The notes: generated from the sequence alone by a model not told the origin. DNA of 64,000 bases from Acidimicrobiales bacterium (GCA_046594195.1 JBKJPY010000030.1:5839-69838); one strand, 5' to 3'. Counted from the stretch's first letter, positions 36,906-46,531 are shown. Made by a program: numbers and translations.

Positions 36906-36927
36906 GGCCCGCCCCGAGGGGCGGGCC
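36906..36927. terminator. GC-rich hairpin downstream of the acyl-CoA dehydrogenase
   Basis: GGCCCGCCCC-GA-GGGGCGGGCC. Confidence 0.6.
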
Positions 36928-36951
36928 ATGCCGGCGTGCGGTGCGGATCGA

Positions 36952-38067
36952 TCAGATGCCGATGCGCTGGGCGAGCAGCTCGCGGTGGTAGGTCGGGTCA
37001 CCGAACAGCAGCTCGGAGGACTTGGCCCGCTTGAAGTACAGGTGGGCCGGGTGCTCCCAGGTGAAGCCAATGCCGCCGTGGATCTGGATGTTCTCGGCTG
37101 CGGCGTGGAAGTACGCCTCCGAGCAGTAGGCCTTGGCGAGCGAGGCCACCGAGGGCAGCTCGTCGTTCAGTTCCGACGCCGCCCAACCGGCGTAGTAGGC
37201 GGCCGACTTGGCCGACTCGACCTCCAGCAGCATGTCGGCGCACTTGTGCTTGATGGCCTGGAACGAGCCGATCGGGCGTCCGAACTGGACGCGGTCCTTG
37301 GCGTACTGGACGGCCATGTCGAGGCACGCCTGGGCGCCGCCGACCTGCTCGGCGGCGAGCGCCACCGCGGCGAGGTCGAGCACCCGCTCCAGGGTGGCCC
37401 AGCCTTCGCCATCGGTACCGATCAAGCGTCCGGCGGCGTCGTTGAGCTCGACCTTCGCCTGCTTGCGAGTCTGGTCCATGGTCGACAGCGCGGTGCGCGT
37501 GACACCGGCACCGTCGCCGTCGACGGCAAAGAGGCTCACGCCGGCATCGGTGCGGGCGGCGACGATCAGCAGCGAGGCGGTGTGGCCGTCGAGCACGTAC
37601 ATCTTCGTGCCGTTGACCTTCCACGTGTCGCCGTCGGCGGTGGCCGTGGCGGTGATGCCGGCCTCGTCCCACCGGCCGTTCTCCTCGGTGAACGCGAGGG
37701 TGGCGATGGTCTCGCCGGTGGCGATGCCCGGGAGCAGGTCCGCCTTGGCCTGGTCGTCACCCGAGTGGATGAGCGTGTTGGCGGCGAGCACGACCGAGGA
37801 GAAGAACGGGGCGCACAGCAGCGAGCGGCCCATCTCCTCGAGGATCACGACGAGCTCGATGTAGCCGTAGCCCGAGCCGCCGTACTCCTCGGGGATCACC
37901 AAGCCCTGCAGGCCGAGTTGCTCGCCCATCTGGGACCACACGGCGGCGTCGTAGCCGGCCTCGGTGTCCATCTGCTCGCGCACGGCTGCCTCGGAGGACT
38001 TGGCCTCGAGGAACGCACGGACGGTCTTGCGGAGCTCTTCCTGCTCCTCGTTGAACGCGAAGTTCAC
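36952..38067 (-). CDS. Acyl-CoA dehydrogenase, beta-type subunit
   Basis: VNFAFNEEQEELR, DRVQFGRPIGSFQAIKHKCADM, and ENIQIHGGIGFTWEH.AHLYFKRA. Confidence 0.92.
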   Translation of the reverse strand: MNFAFNEEQEELRKTVRAFLEAKSSEAAVREQMDTEAGYDAAVWSQMGEQLGLQGLVIPEEYGGSGYGYIELVVILEEMGRSLLCAPFFSSVVLAANTLIHSGDDQAKADLLPGIATGETIATLAFTEENGRWDEAGITATATADGDTWKVNGTKMYVLDGHTASLLIVAARTDAGVSLFAVDGDGAGVTRTALSTMDQTRKQAKVELNDAAGRLIGTDGEGWATLERVLDLAAVALAAEQVGGAQACLDMAVQYAKDRVQFGRPIGSFQAIKHKCADMLLEVESAKSAAYYAGWAASELNDELPSVASLAKAYCSEAYFHAAAENIQIHGGIGFTWEHPAHLYFKRAKSSELLFGDPTYHRELLAQRIGI

Positions 38068-38142
38068 GGTGGTCCCCTTGGGTCGGGAGTTGATCGGTCC
38101 GGACACCTTGGCGCACCGCGAACCGTCGCGGCTCGGACGGAT

Positions 38143-38160
38143 GCGTACACGTGTGTACGC
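38143..38160. promoter_or_regulatory. Palindromic operator of the vapBC operon
   Basis: GCGTACAC-GT-GTGTACGC overlaps the -10 TACGCT (38156-38161), 6 nt before the ATG. Confidence 0.7.
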
Positions 38161-38167
38161 TGACAGG

Positions 38168-38461
38168 ATGACCGATGACGAGAGCCGACTGGGGATCCGG
38201 GAGCTGCGCGGGCGTCTGGCGTCGCTCGTGCGCCGTGCCGGGTCCGGGGAGCGCATCGTGATCACCGTCGCCGGACGACCCGTCGCCCAGCTCGGCCCGG
38301 TCGAACCAGCGGACACTCGCGTGACGATCGACGACCTGGCGGCCCGCGGCCTGCTCGAGCCGGCGCGTCGCGGTGACCGCCCGGCGGATCCCGACACCCG
38401 CGTCGACAACTGGACGGGCGGACGCTTGGACCGGGCGCTGCGCGAGGTGCGTGGCGCATGA
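38168..38461 (+). CDS. vapB: Type II antitoxin, Phd/YefM family
   Basis: LGIRELRGRLASLVRRAGSGERIVITVAGRPVAQLGP. ATGA overlap with the PIN gene. Confidence 0.88.
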   Translation: MTDDESRLGIRELRGRLASLVRRAGSGERIVITVAGRPVAQLGPVEPADTRVTIDDLAARGLLEPARRGDRPADPDTRVDNWTGGRLDRALREVRGA

Positions 38462-38862
38462 CGCTTGCGCTGGACACCTCGGCCCTGCTCGGGCGGTACC
38501 TGTCCGGGCCGCACCGCGCCGTGGTGCTCGACGCCATGGCGGCCGACCCGGTGTGGTGCGCCTCCGCCCTCGCCCAGGCCGAGGCGCTCGGCATGGTCGA
38601 CCGGGTGTGCGACGTCCCCACCGACGGAGACCGCGTTCGGCGCGCCCTGCGCGACGACTGGGAGCGCATCCACGTCGTCCCCGTCGACCAGCGCTGCCTC
38701 GACCGTGCCGCGGAGCTCACCCGCGAGCAGCCCCTGCGAACCGTCGATGCCCTCCACCTCGCCGCCGCCGACCGGCTCCCCCGCCCCACCACCTTCCTCA
38801 CCTTCGACCCGCGCCAGATCCCCGTCGCCCTCGCCCTCGGGTTCGACGTGATCTCGTCCTGA
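38458..38862 (+). CDS. vapC: Type II toxin, PIN-domain VapC
   Basis: LDTSAL, AEAL, LRTVDALHLAAA, and FLTFD; the acidic residues are retained. Confidence 0.88.
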   Translation: MTLALDTSALLGRYLSGPHRAVVLDAMAADPVWCASALAQAEALGMVDRVCDVPTDGDRVRRALRDDWERIHVVPVDQRCLDRAAELTREQPLRTVDALHLAAADRLPRPTTFLTFDPRQIPVALALGFDVISS

Positions 38863-38964
38863 CGTTGGCATCAGCGAACTGATCCGTTCGGACCATTTCC
38901 CCAGGTCGACTCATCGGACCAGCCATGAGTCCGATGGATACATCGCAACCTGACATTGCACCCT

Positions 38965-39000
38965 CTGCCCCGGCCGCCCGGTCGGGGCAGTAGCTCTTTT
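38965..39000 (+). terminator. Hairpin with T-tail downstream of vapC
   Basis: CTGCCCCG...CGGGGCAG followed by TAGCTCTTTT. Confidence 0.5.
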
Positions 39001-39109
39001 GTGGCTCGCTCCGCTTCGCCTTCTCCTCACTCGCTTCGCTCCGTTCGTCGAGCTCCGCTCGAACCGCGAACCCCGCCACCCTCGTCGGTCCGCACGGCAG
39101 ACTGGGGGC

Positions 39110-39721
39110 ATGGACACGTTGATCTGGTCGGATGCCGATGCTGAAATCCACATGGTCGTGGTGGGTTCGTTCGAGAACAACGTCTACGTGCTGCGGTGCA
39201 AGGAGACCGGCGACGCCGTGCTGCTCGACGCCGCCAACGAGCACGACCGCCTCCTTGACCTGTGCCGGGCACTGAACGTGAAGGAGGTGCTCGAGACCCA
39301 CGGGCACTGGGACCACATCCAGGCCGTGCCGCAACTGCGCGACGCCGGCTATTCCGTGCATGTGACCGCCGAGGACGCCGGCATGCTGCCGAGCTACGAC
39401 GAGATCCTCGCCGACGACGACGTGCTGTCGGTGGGCCGGCTCCGCCTCCACACGATGCTCACGCCCGGCCACACGCCCGGTTCGATGTGCTTCAAGCTGG
39501 TGGACAAGCCGGTCGTGTTCAGCGGCGACACGCTCTTCCCCGGCGGAGTCGGCAACGCCACGTTCGAGGGCGGCGACTTCGACACGCTCATCCACTCCGT
39601 CGAGGACCGGCTGTTCCGGCCACTGGCGGCCGACACCCTCGTGCTCCCCGGCCACGGCGACTCGACGACCATCGGTACCGAGTCACCGCACCTGCAGGAG
39701 TGGGTCGACCGCGGCTGGTGA
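39110..39721 (+). CDS. MBL-fold metallo-hydrolase (glyoxalase II-like)
   Basis: THGHWDH, TPGHTPGS, FSGDTLF, and PGHG. Confidence 0.92.
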   Translation: MDTLIWSDADAEIHMVVVGSFENNVYVLRCKETGDAVLLDAANEHDRLLDLCRALNVKEVLETHGHWDHIQAVPQLRDAGYSVHVTAEDAGMLPSYDEILADDDVLSVGRLRLHTMLTPGHTPGSMCFKLVDKPVVFSGDTLFPGGVGNATFEGGDFDTLIHSVEDRLFRPLAADTLVLPGHGDSTTIGTESPHLQEWVDRGW

Positions 39722-39775
39722 CCCCATCGGGCCTCCGGCGCTGGATCCGACGTCGACCGTGGGACCATCGAGGCC

Positions 39776-40201
39776 ATGACCGACGCCGACGTTCCGCAAC
39801 CCACCGAGGTGAAGCCGACGCCGGCGGAGCTGCGCCCGATCGACGACCGGCCGGTGCATACGGCCGACCTGCCCGACACGCCCACGCGCGACCGCTCCAT
39901 CCCGGCGACGGCGTGGATCGAAGCACCGCACGAGCTCCGGACGCTCGCCGACGACCTGCCGGCGCCGACCACCGGGAGCGACGCCCGCTACCTGCGGCGC
40001 ATCGGCCCCTGGCTGCTCTGGCGAGCCGGGCCCGCGAAGGGGGCCGACAGCCGCTACTGGGTGTGCCTCGCCGCTGACCTGGAGACGCAGTTCACCTTCG
40101 ACCTGTTTCCCGACGGCACCGGGGCCGGCCGCGGCCCGACGCAGGACCACGTCCGGTTCCGGACCTGGAAGGAAGACCTCCGCGATCACGCCGAGGGGTG
40201 A
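39776..40201 (+). CDS. Hypothetical protein
   Basis: 141-aa ORF with coding-like composition. No family recognised. Confidence 0.65.
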   Translation: MTDADVPQPTEVKPTPAELRPIDDRPVHTADLPDTPTRDRSIPATAWIEAPHELRTLADDLPAPTTGSDARYLRRIGPWLLWRAGPAKGADSRYWVCLAADLETQFTFDLFPDGTGAGRGPTQDHVRFRTWKEDLRDHAEG

Positions 40202-40226
40202 CCCTGGACGTCCGGGCGGGTGAGGG

Positions 40227-40844
40227 CTACGACCTCTCTTGGCTGGCCGGTTCGGCGAGGCGACGAAAGCATGCCGGGTCGACCGGCGCCATCGAGGCCG
40301 CCCGTCGCGCCGAGCGGAGAAGACGGCCGTGGAGCTGGTGGTGATCGATGCGGAAGACGTAGCTGTCCCAGGACCGCGCCCGGTGCCACTCGCTCTCGAT
40401 CCGGTGCACCTCGGGTCGGAGCCGCTTCAGGAGCATGTTCAGCACGGGCGCCTGGTACTCCGTCGTATGGAGGTAGATGGCGCAGAGCCCTCGTTCCAGC
40501 GCACCGCACACGACGCCGAGGGCACCAGCCGTGACGAGGACGCCCGACGACCCCGGCTCGGCCACCACCGCCAGTTCCGCCGTGGCTTCGTCCGGCCGGT
40601 ACCGGTCCAGCGTCACCGCGCCACGGACGCTACCGTGCGAGTCGACGACGGCACAGGCCATCCAGCACCCGACCGACGCGGTGGCGAACTCGTTCGGCAC
40701 GGGCGAGAGCCCCTTGAACCGCCAGTCGTCGAAGCGATCTGTCCCCGTCTCCAAGCGGTAGAGCTCGTCGAGGTGGTGCAGATCCAGGGGGACGACGACG
40801 CCCAGCGACCCCGGCGCGCTCGAGGGCACCGAAGCAGCCGTCAT
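40227..40844 (-). CDS. Divergent RimJ/RimL-like GNAT-fold protein
   Basis: ATGA overlap with the upstream GNAT. 'WRFKGLSP', 'AELAV', and C-terminal 'RARSWDSYVF'. Confidence 0.6.
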   Translation of the reverse strand: MTAASVPSSAPGSLGVVVPLDLHHLDELYRLETGTDRFDDWRFKGLSPVPNEFATASVGCWMACAVVDSHGSVRGAVTLDRYRPDEATAELAVVAEPGSSGVLVTAGALGVVCGALERGLCAIYLHTTEYQAPVLNMLLKRLRPEVHRIESEWHRARSWDSYVFRIDHHQLHGRLLRSARRAASMAPVDPACFRRLAEPASQERS

Positions 40845-41326
40845 GTGCCATGACCCAACCGGCCGAAGGCGTGCACGTCCCAGCTCCGCCCGCGCCGGAA
40901 GACGTAGTCCGTGAGCGTGCCCTCCGGTTCGAAGTGGCTCGAGACGACCTCGTAGTCCACCCCGACCAGGTACGCCGGGAGCAAGAAGCCGACGCGGTGC
41001 AGGCCGAGGGTGTGGAACGCGTGGTCGAGCGATGCCTTCGTCAGGCCCTCTGCGACGAGCGGGTCCGCCACGGACAGGCGCCAGAACTCGAATCGAGCCG
41101 CACGGTTCCGGAAATCGATGTCCACCAGCCGGCCCACCCCAGCGAGCGCGGCGCCGTCGACCCCGACGAACTGGGTGGATCCGCCCCGCCACAACAGGCG
41201 GTCGAAGTCCTGGAGCGACCAGTTCGTCGCCAGGTCGTCGTGGAGGTCAGCGCCGTGCTGCTGGCGCCGATAGGCCTCCCAGACGAAGGTCGTGTCCGAA
41301 GGCTGCAGCGGTCGGACGGTGGTCAG
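40841..41326 (-). CDS. RimJ/RimL-like GNAT-fold protein with probable CTG start
   Basis: VRPLQPSD, 'LLWRGGSTQF', 'DIDFRNRAARF', 'AFHTLGLHRV', and 'EGTL.DYVFRRGRSWD'. No in-frame ATG/GTG nearby; CTGA overlaps the upstream stop. Confidence 0.68.
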   Translation of the reverse strand: MTTVRPLQPSDTTFVWEAYRRQQHGADLHDDLATNWSLQDFDRLLWRGGSTQFVGVDGAALAGVGRLVDIDFRNRAARFEFWRLSVADPLVAEGLTKASLDHAFHTLGLHRVGFLLPAYLVGVDYEVVSSHFEPEGTLTDYVFRRGRSWDVHAFGRLGHGT

Positions 41327-41907
41327 CAGGAGTAGTGGACCTCGTCCACCAGCTGTGCGTAGGTGAAGTCCACACCGGTCTGCCAGCAGTGCTTGTAGGC
41401 GTTGCCGGTGCGGTACATGCGGATGCTGACCTTGAGGTGGTACCAGTCGTGCAGCGACGTGTTCTGGCCGATCAGCTGGCTGCTGTACGAGCCGTCGGCG
41501 TCGGCGTGCACGGACCCCGTGCCCTTGTAGTTCGACGGCGGCGAATACCCCGTGAGCGAGTCGCACAGCGTCTCGTTGATCGTCCAGTTCCAGTAGCACT
41601 GCCGGTTGAGGACCTGCACCCCGTTGATCTCGTCGTGGCAGCCGTTCACGCCGTCGGTGTAGGCGCGTGTGGTCAACCTCGTCTCGCCCTGGGTGTAGAG
41701 GTTGTGGGGGAAGCCCCAGCTGAGCGCCGTCGTCTTGCCGGTGAAGGTGCCGGAGCACGTGCTGGCGGAGGCCGGCGTCGCCGTGCCGATCGCCCCCGCC
41801 GCGGCCAGGAGCCCACCGAGGAGCGAGCTCGAGGCGATCAGTGCCCCTGCTCGCCGCCGAGGAGACGGCATGGTCGACGGGGATGCTGCCGTGCGAGGCT
41901 CAGTCAC
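41323..41907 (-). CDS. Secreted Cys-containing hypothetical protein (194 aa)
   Basis: RBS AAGGAGG before GTG 41907, a signal peptide ending ATPASA, and a mature part rich in T/N/Y/W with 6 Cys. Confidence 0.75.
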   Translation of the reverse strand: MTEPRTAASPSTMPSPRRRAGALIASSSLLGGLLAAAGAIGTATPASASTCSGTFTGKTTALSWGFPHNLYTQGETRLTTRAYTDGVNGCHDEINGVQVLNRQCYWNWTINETLCDSLTGYSPPSNYKGTGSVHADADGSYSSQLIGQNTSLHDWYHLKVSIRMYRTGNAYKHCWQTGVDFTYAQLVDEVHYSC

Positions 41908-42337
41908 CGGACCCCTCCTTGGCATCGAGGTGCGCCACCATGTCGCACGCGTCCTCGTCGAGCGAGATGCTCGCCCCCTGGTTCGGCCCGCCTGAGTCGA
42001 GGCGAGCGACCCCGTAGGACTCAGCCGCGTCGTTGCAGGTCCCGTCAGCGTTCCGCCCGAGGTGGTCGACGACCGCACCATCCTCGAGCGGATCGGGTTG
42101 GATCTTCCCGTCGATCGTGGCGTGGAGGAGACCGTCCTCGAGCTCGGCGGGGGGCAGCCCGTCGTCCGATCCGGGATCTTCCGAACCGGGATCACCGACG
42201 AGCGGCTGGCTCGTGTCCGTCCTCACCCCGGTCGTCGGGTTGTCCGCTGACGCGGCCATCCCCACGCCGAGCGCTGCACAGCCCGCCGCGGCGAGCCACG
42301 CCGCCCCGACCAGAACCGACCTTCTCCGAAGCTTCAT
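41900..42337 (-). CDS. Secreted acidic hypothetical protein (145 aa)
   Basis: MKLRRRSVLVGAAWLAAAGCAALGVGMAASA signal, an Asp/Gly-rich mature part, and a Cys pair. Confidence 0.7.
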   Translation of the reverse strand: MKLRRRSVLVGAAWLAAAGCAALGVGMAASADNPTTGVRTDTSQPLVGDPGSEDPGSDDGLPPAELEDGLLHATIDGKIQPDPLEDGAVVDHLGRNADGTCNDAAESYGVARLDSGGPNQGASISLDEDACDMVAHLDAKEGSGD

Positions 42338-42410
42338 CGTCCATCCGATCCCTAGGTTCCATTGACGCCCTGGGGTGGGTGGTCAGCAGCGGCCGACGGC
42401 GATGGGCTAC

Positions 42411-42444
42411 GACGGATCGTATAGTGACGATTCGTCGCAGGCAA
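42411..42444 (-). promoter_or_regulatory. SigA-type promoter with overlapping palindrome for the four-gene operon
   Basis: Minus strand TTGCCT(42444-42439)-17 bp-TACGAT(42421-42416). Imperfect palindrome GACGGATCGT-N6-ACGATTCGTC at 42411-42436. Confidence 0.55.
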
Positions 42445-42479
42445 GGACTTCTTCGAACATGGGAGCGAGGGAGGCGCGG

Positions 42480-42512
42480 CGAGGGAGACTCGGCCAACGC
42501 CGGCCTCCCTCG
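42480..42512. terminator. Hairpin downstream of msrAB
   Basis: CGAGGGAG...CTCCCTCG with an inner CGGC/GCCG stem. Confidence 0.5.
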
Positions 42513-42518
42513 TCGGGG

Positions 42519-43694
42519 TCAGGACGCTGGGGCAGGATCCTGGTCGAGGTCGAGGGCACAGCTGTTCATGCAGAACCGGAGGCCTCCCTGGTCGCGAGGC
42601 CCGTCGGGGAAGACGTGGCCGAGGTGGCTGTGGCAGCGGCCGCAGCGAACCTCGGTGCGGGTCATCCCGTGCGAGTGGTCCTCGATGAGCTCGATCGCGG
42701 TGGGCGACACCGCCTCGGTGAAGCTCGGCCAGCCGCTCCCAGAGTGGAACTTGGTGTCGCTCGTGTAGAGCGGGTTGCCGCAGGCCATGCAGCGGTAGAG
42801 CCCCGGCTCCTCGATGTCGGTGTACGCACCGGCGAACGCCCGCTCGGTGCCGGCCTCGCGCAGCACCTGGTACTGAGCGGGGGTGAGCCGCTGCTTCCAC
42901 TCGTCATCGGACTCGGGGAGCGGCTTGAGCTTCACGTCGTTCGTGGGATTCGTTTCGGTCACGGGGGCCTCCTCATCGGTGGCGGCAGGGGCGGCGTCGG
43001 CCACCTTGGATGCGGCGTCGGCGTCGAGGTCGACGCCGAGGTCGGCGAGCGGGCCAGGGAGCTGGCACACGACACCGGTTCCCGACAGGCCGCAGTAGCC
43101 GCCCGGATTCTTGTGCAGGTACTGCTGGTGGTACTCCTCGGCATAGAAGAACTCGCCCGCCGGCGCCAGCTCGGTGGCGATGGGCCGCTTCCCGGCATCA
43201 GCCAGCGCCGTGCCGAACACCTCGAACGCCGAGGTGGCTTCGGTCAGTTGCTCGTCGGTGGTCACGTAGACCGCAGAGCGGTACTGGGTGCCCTGGTCGT
43301 TGCCCTGACCGTTGACCTGGGTGGGGTCGTGCTCGGTGAAGAACACCTCGAGCAGGCGCCGGTACGAGAGCTGCTCGGGGTCGTAGACCAAGAGGACGGC
43401 CTCGGTGTGGCCGGTGCGGCCGGTGCAGGTCTCGTTGTAGGTCGGGTTCTTGGTGAAGCCGCCGGCGTAGCCGACGGCGGTGGCGAACACGCCGGGAAGC
43501 CGCCAGAAGATGCGCTCCGCACCCCAGAAGCAGCCCATTGCGAACACGGCAACCTCGTGGCCCTCGGGCCACGGCGGCACGATCGAGTTGCCGTTGATCG
43601 CGTGGACGCCGCTGATGTCGAAGGTGGGCTCGTCGTGGCCCGGCAGCGCCGTCTCGGCGGTGACCATCTCGGGCTTGCTACGGCTGAACAGCAT
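42519..43694 (-). CDS. msrAB: Bifunctional peptide methionine sulfoxide reductase MsrA-MsrB
   Basis: MsrA: GCFWGAE, GHTEAV, DPTQ...QG.D.GTQYRS, AEEYHQQY. MsrB: GTERAF, GWPSF, RTEV.C..C.SHLGHVF.DGP, RFCMNS. Confidence 0.95.
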   Translation of the reverse strand: MLFSRSKPEMVTAETALPGHDEPTFDISGVHAINGNSIVPPWPEGHEVAVFAMGCFWGAERIFWRLPGVFATAVGYAGGFTKNPTYNETCTGRTGHTEAVLLVYDPEQLSYRRLLEVFFTEHDPTQVNGQGNDQGTQYRSAVYVTTDEQLTEATSAFEVFGTALADAGKRPIATELAPAGEFFYAEEYHQQYLHKNPGGYCGLSGTGVVCQLPGPLADLGVDLDADAASKVADAAPAATDEEAPVTETNPTNDVKLKPLPESDDEWKQRLTPAQYQVLREAGTERAFAGAYTDIEEPGLYRCMACGNPLYTSDTKFHSGSGWPSFTEAVSPTAIELIEDHSHGMTRTEVRCGRCHSHLGHVFPDGPRDQGGLRFCMNSCALDLDQDPAPAS

Positions 43695-43872
43695 TTCGGT
43701 ACCTCCTGGGCACCTCAGGTAACGCCTTCGTGGCGTCTCGGACAGACCCATCAACAGCGTGGCGGGTCCGTTTGGTCCCGTTCACCACGGAAGTTCTCCG
43801 AAGCCGTCGGGGGTGGCGGATTTCTCCCCTCGGCATTACCACTATCGCCGTAGGACTAATACACTGAGGCCT

Positions 43873-44637
<765 letters not shown>

Positions 44638-44647
44638 TGAGCGCGCC

Positions 44648-45904
44648 ATGACCGCCCCCGCCACCATCGAGTCCTTCGACGTCGCCAAGGTCAAAGCCGA
44701 CTTCCCCCTCCTCCAGCAGGCGGTCAAGGGCCGCCCGATCCGGTTCCTCGACTCGGCCGCTTCGTCGCAGAAGCCACAGGTCGTCATCGACGCGATGACC
44801 ACCTACTACGAGACCATCAATGCCAACGTCCACCGCGGCGTCTACGCCATCGCCGAGGCCGCCACCAACGCCCTCGAAGCGTCGCGCATCCGCGTCGGGC
44901 AGTTCATCGGGGCGCCCAACCCCGAGACCGAGATCATCTTCACCAAGAACGCAACGGAGTCGCTGAACCTCGTCGCCCAGTCGTGGGGACGGGCCAACCT
45001 CGGCCCCGGCGACGCCGTGCTGCTCACCCAGCTCGAGCACCACGCCAACATCGTCCCGTGGTTCCAGCTCCAGGCGGAGAAGGGCTTCGAGATCCGCTGG
45101 ATCCCGCTCACCAGCGACGCCCAGCTGGACCTCACCGACCTCGACACCTTGCTCGACGGGGTCAAGATCCTGGCGCTCACCGCCATGTCGAACGTGACCG
45201 GCACGCTCACCCCGATCGAGGAGCTCACCCGCCGGGCGCACGCCGCTGGCGCACTGGTGTGCCTCGACGCCTGCCAGTTCGTCCCGCACCTGGCCACGGA
45301 CCTCGCCCAGTTGGATGTCGACTTCGCGGTCTTCTCCGGCCACAAGATGCTCGGGCCCACCGGCATCGGCGTGCTGTGGGGCCGCGAGGAGCTGCTCGAC
45401 GCCATGCCCCCCTTCCTGGGCGGCGGCGGGATGATCCTCAACGTGACGCTCGAGGGGTTCGTCCCCGCCGCGCTGCCGGCCAAGTTCGAGGCCGGCACCC
45501 CGCCGATCGCCGAGATCATCGGCCTCCACGCCGCCGTCGACTACCTCGACGCCCTCGGCATGGAGGCCGTGCGCGAGCACGAGGTCTCGATCACCGCCTA
45601 CGCCCTGCGCAGCCTCCACGAGCGCTTCGGCGACGCCCTCACCATCCACGGCCCCGCCGAGCCCGCCATGCGCGGCGGCGTCTTGTCGATGGCCATGGAC
45701 GGCATCCACCCGCACGACCTGGCCCAGGTGCTCGACGAGCACGCCGTGTGCGTCCGCCCGGGCCACCACTGCGCCAAGCCGCTGATGAAGGTGCTCGGCG
45801 TCGGGGCCACCGCCCGGGCCTCGTTCTACGTCTACAACGACACCGACGACGTCGATGCGTTGGCCGATGCCCTGGCCGACGCGCAAAGCTTCTTCTCGTA
45901 CTGA
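44648..45904 (+). CDS. sufS: Cysteine desulfurase SufS
   Basis: LDSAASSQKP, NVHRG, EHHAN, FSGHKMLGPTG, and VRPGHHCA.P. Confidence 0.95.
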   Translation: MTAPATIESFDVAKVKADFPLLQQAVKGRPIRFLDSAASSQKPQVVIDAMTTYYETINANVHRGVYAIAEAATNALEASRIRVGQFIGAPNPETEIIFTKNATESLNLVAQSWGRANLGPGDAVLLTQLEHHANIVPWFQLQAEKGFEIRWIPLTSDAQLDLTDLDTLLDGVKILALTAMSNVTGTLTPIEELTRRAHAAGALVCLDACQFVPHLATDLAQLDVDFAVFSGHKMLGPTGIGVLWGREELLDAMPPFLGGGGMILNVTLEGFVPAALPAKFEAGTPPIAEIIGLHAAVDYLDALGMEAVREHEVSITAYALRSLHERFGDALTIHGPAEPAMRGGVLSMAMDGIHPHDLAQVLDEHAVCVRPGHHCAKPLMKVLGVGATARASFYVYNDTDDVDALADALADAQSFFSY

Positions 45905-45925
45905 CCTGACCCCGGAAGGCCGACC

Positions 45926-46417
45926 ATGCCAGGACTCGAGGATCTCTACCGCGAGATCATCCTCGACCACTACCGCAACCCCCGGAACCGGGGCGAGCTG
46001 GACGCGCCTCCCGCCACGCGCACCGAGGGCTTCAACCCCCTGTGCGGCGATGAGATCGTCGTCTACCTGGACCTCGACGACGCCGGCGTGGTCGAAGACA
46101 TCCGCATCGGCGGCACCGGCTGCTCCATCAGCCAGTCGTCCGCTTCGATGATGTCGGCCGCGGTGAAGGGCAAGACCATCGCGGAGATCGAGGCGCTCAC
46201 CCACGCCTTCAAGGCGATGATGAGCATCCACGAGTCCTCGCTCGACGCCGATGGCGAGTCCGGCGAGGACCTCCCCGACGAGTTGCCCAAGGGTGTCAAG
46301 CTCGGCGACCTCGAAGCCCTGCGCGGCGTCGTGAAGTTCCCCGTCCGCATCAAGTGCGCCACGCTCGCCTGGAACACCCTCGCCGAAGGCATCGGCCAAA
46401 CCACCGCCAAGGCTTGA
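45926..46417 (+). CDS. sufU: SUF scaffold/sulfur acceptor SufU
   Basis: LYREIILDHY.NP, NPLCGD, GCSIS.SSASMM, and P.RIKCATL.W. Confidence 0.95.
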   Translation: MPGLEDLYREIILDHYRNPRNRGELDAPPATRTEGFNPLCGDEIVVYLDLDDAGVVEDIRIGGTGCSISQSSASMMSAAVKGKTIAEIEALTHAFKAMMSIHESSLDADGESGEDLPDELPKGVKLGDLEALRGVVKFPVRIKCATLAWNTLAEGIGQTTAKA

Positions 46418-46472
46418 CGAGTGCGTCCCTGAGCTGGACTTTATTCCCCCACCCCCAACAAAGTTGATGGTG

Positions 46473-46499
46473 GGAATAGCAGGTTCGCCCGTAGGGTTG
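46473..46499 (+). promoter_or_regulatory. SigR/SigH-type promoter of lon
   Basis: GGAAT-N18-GTTG. The -35 lies inside a hairpin spanning 46442-46478. Confidence 0.65.
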
Positions 46500-46531
46500 T
46501 CTGGGTCCCGCAAGACCCCGAGGAGCCCCTC

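Noticed and set aside
36782-36950. c-di-AMP (ydaO) riboswitch upstream of the cell-wall hydrolase
   Set aside because: It was expected from context, but the conserved motifs were not found.
38868-38940. Hammerhead-ribozyme-like core on the minus strand (CCGAUGAG...CGAAC)
   Set aside because: The conserved CUGAUGA and GAAA cores are both broken, and stems I and III cannot be formed convincingly.
46413-46470. HspR HAIR operator upstream of lon
   Set aside because: Only partial CTTGA/CTGAG half-sites are present; there is no CTTGAGT-N7-ACTCAAG symmetry.
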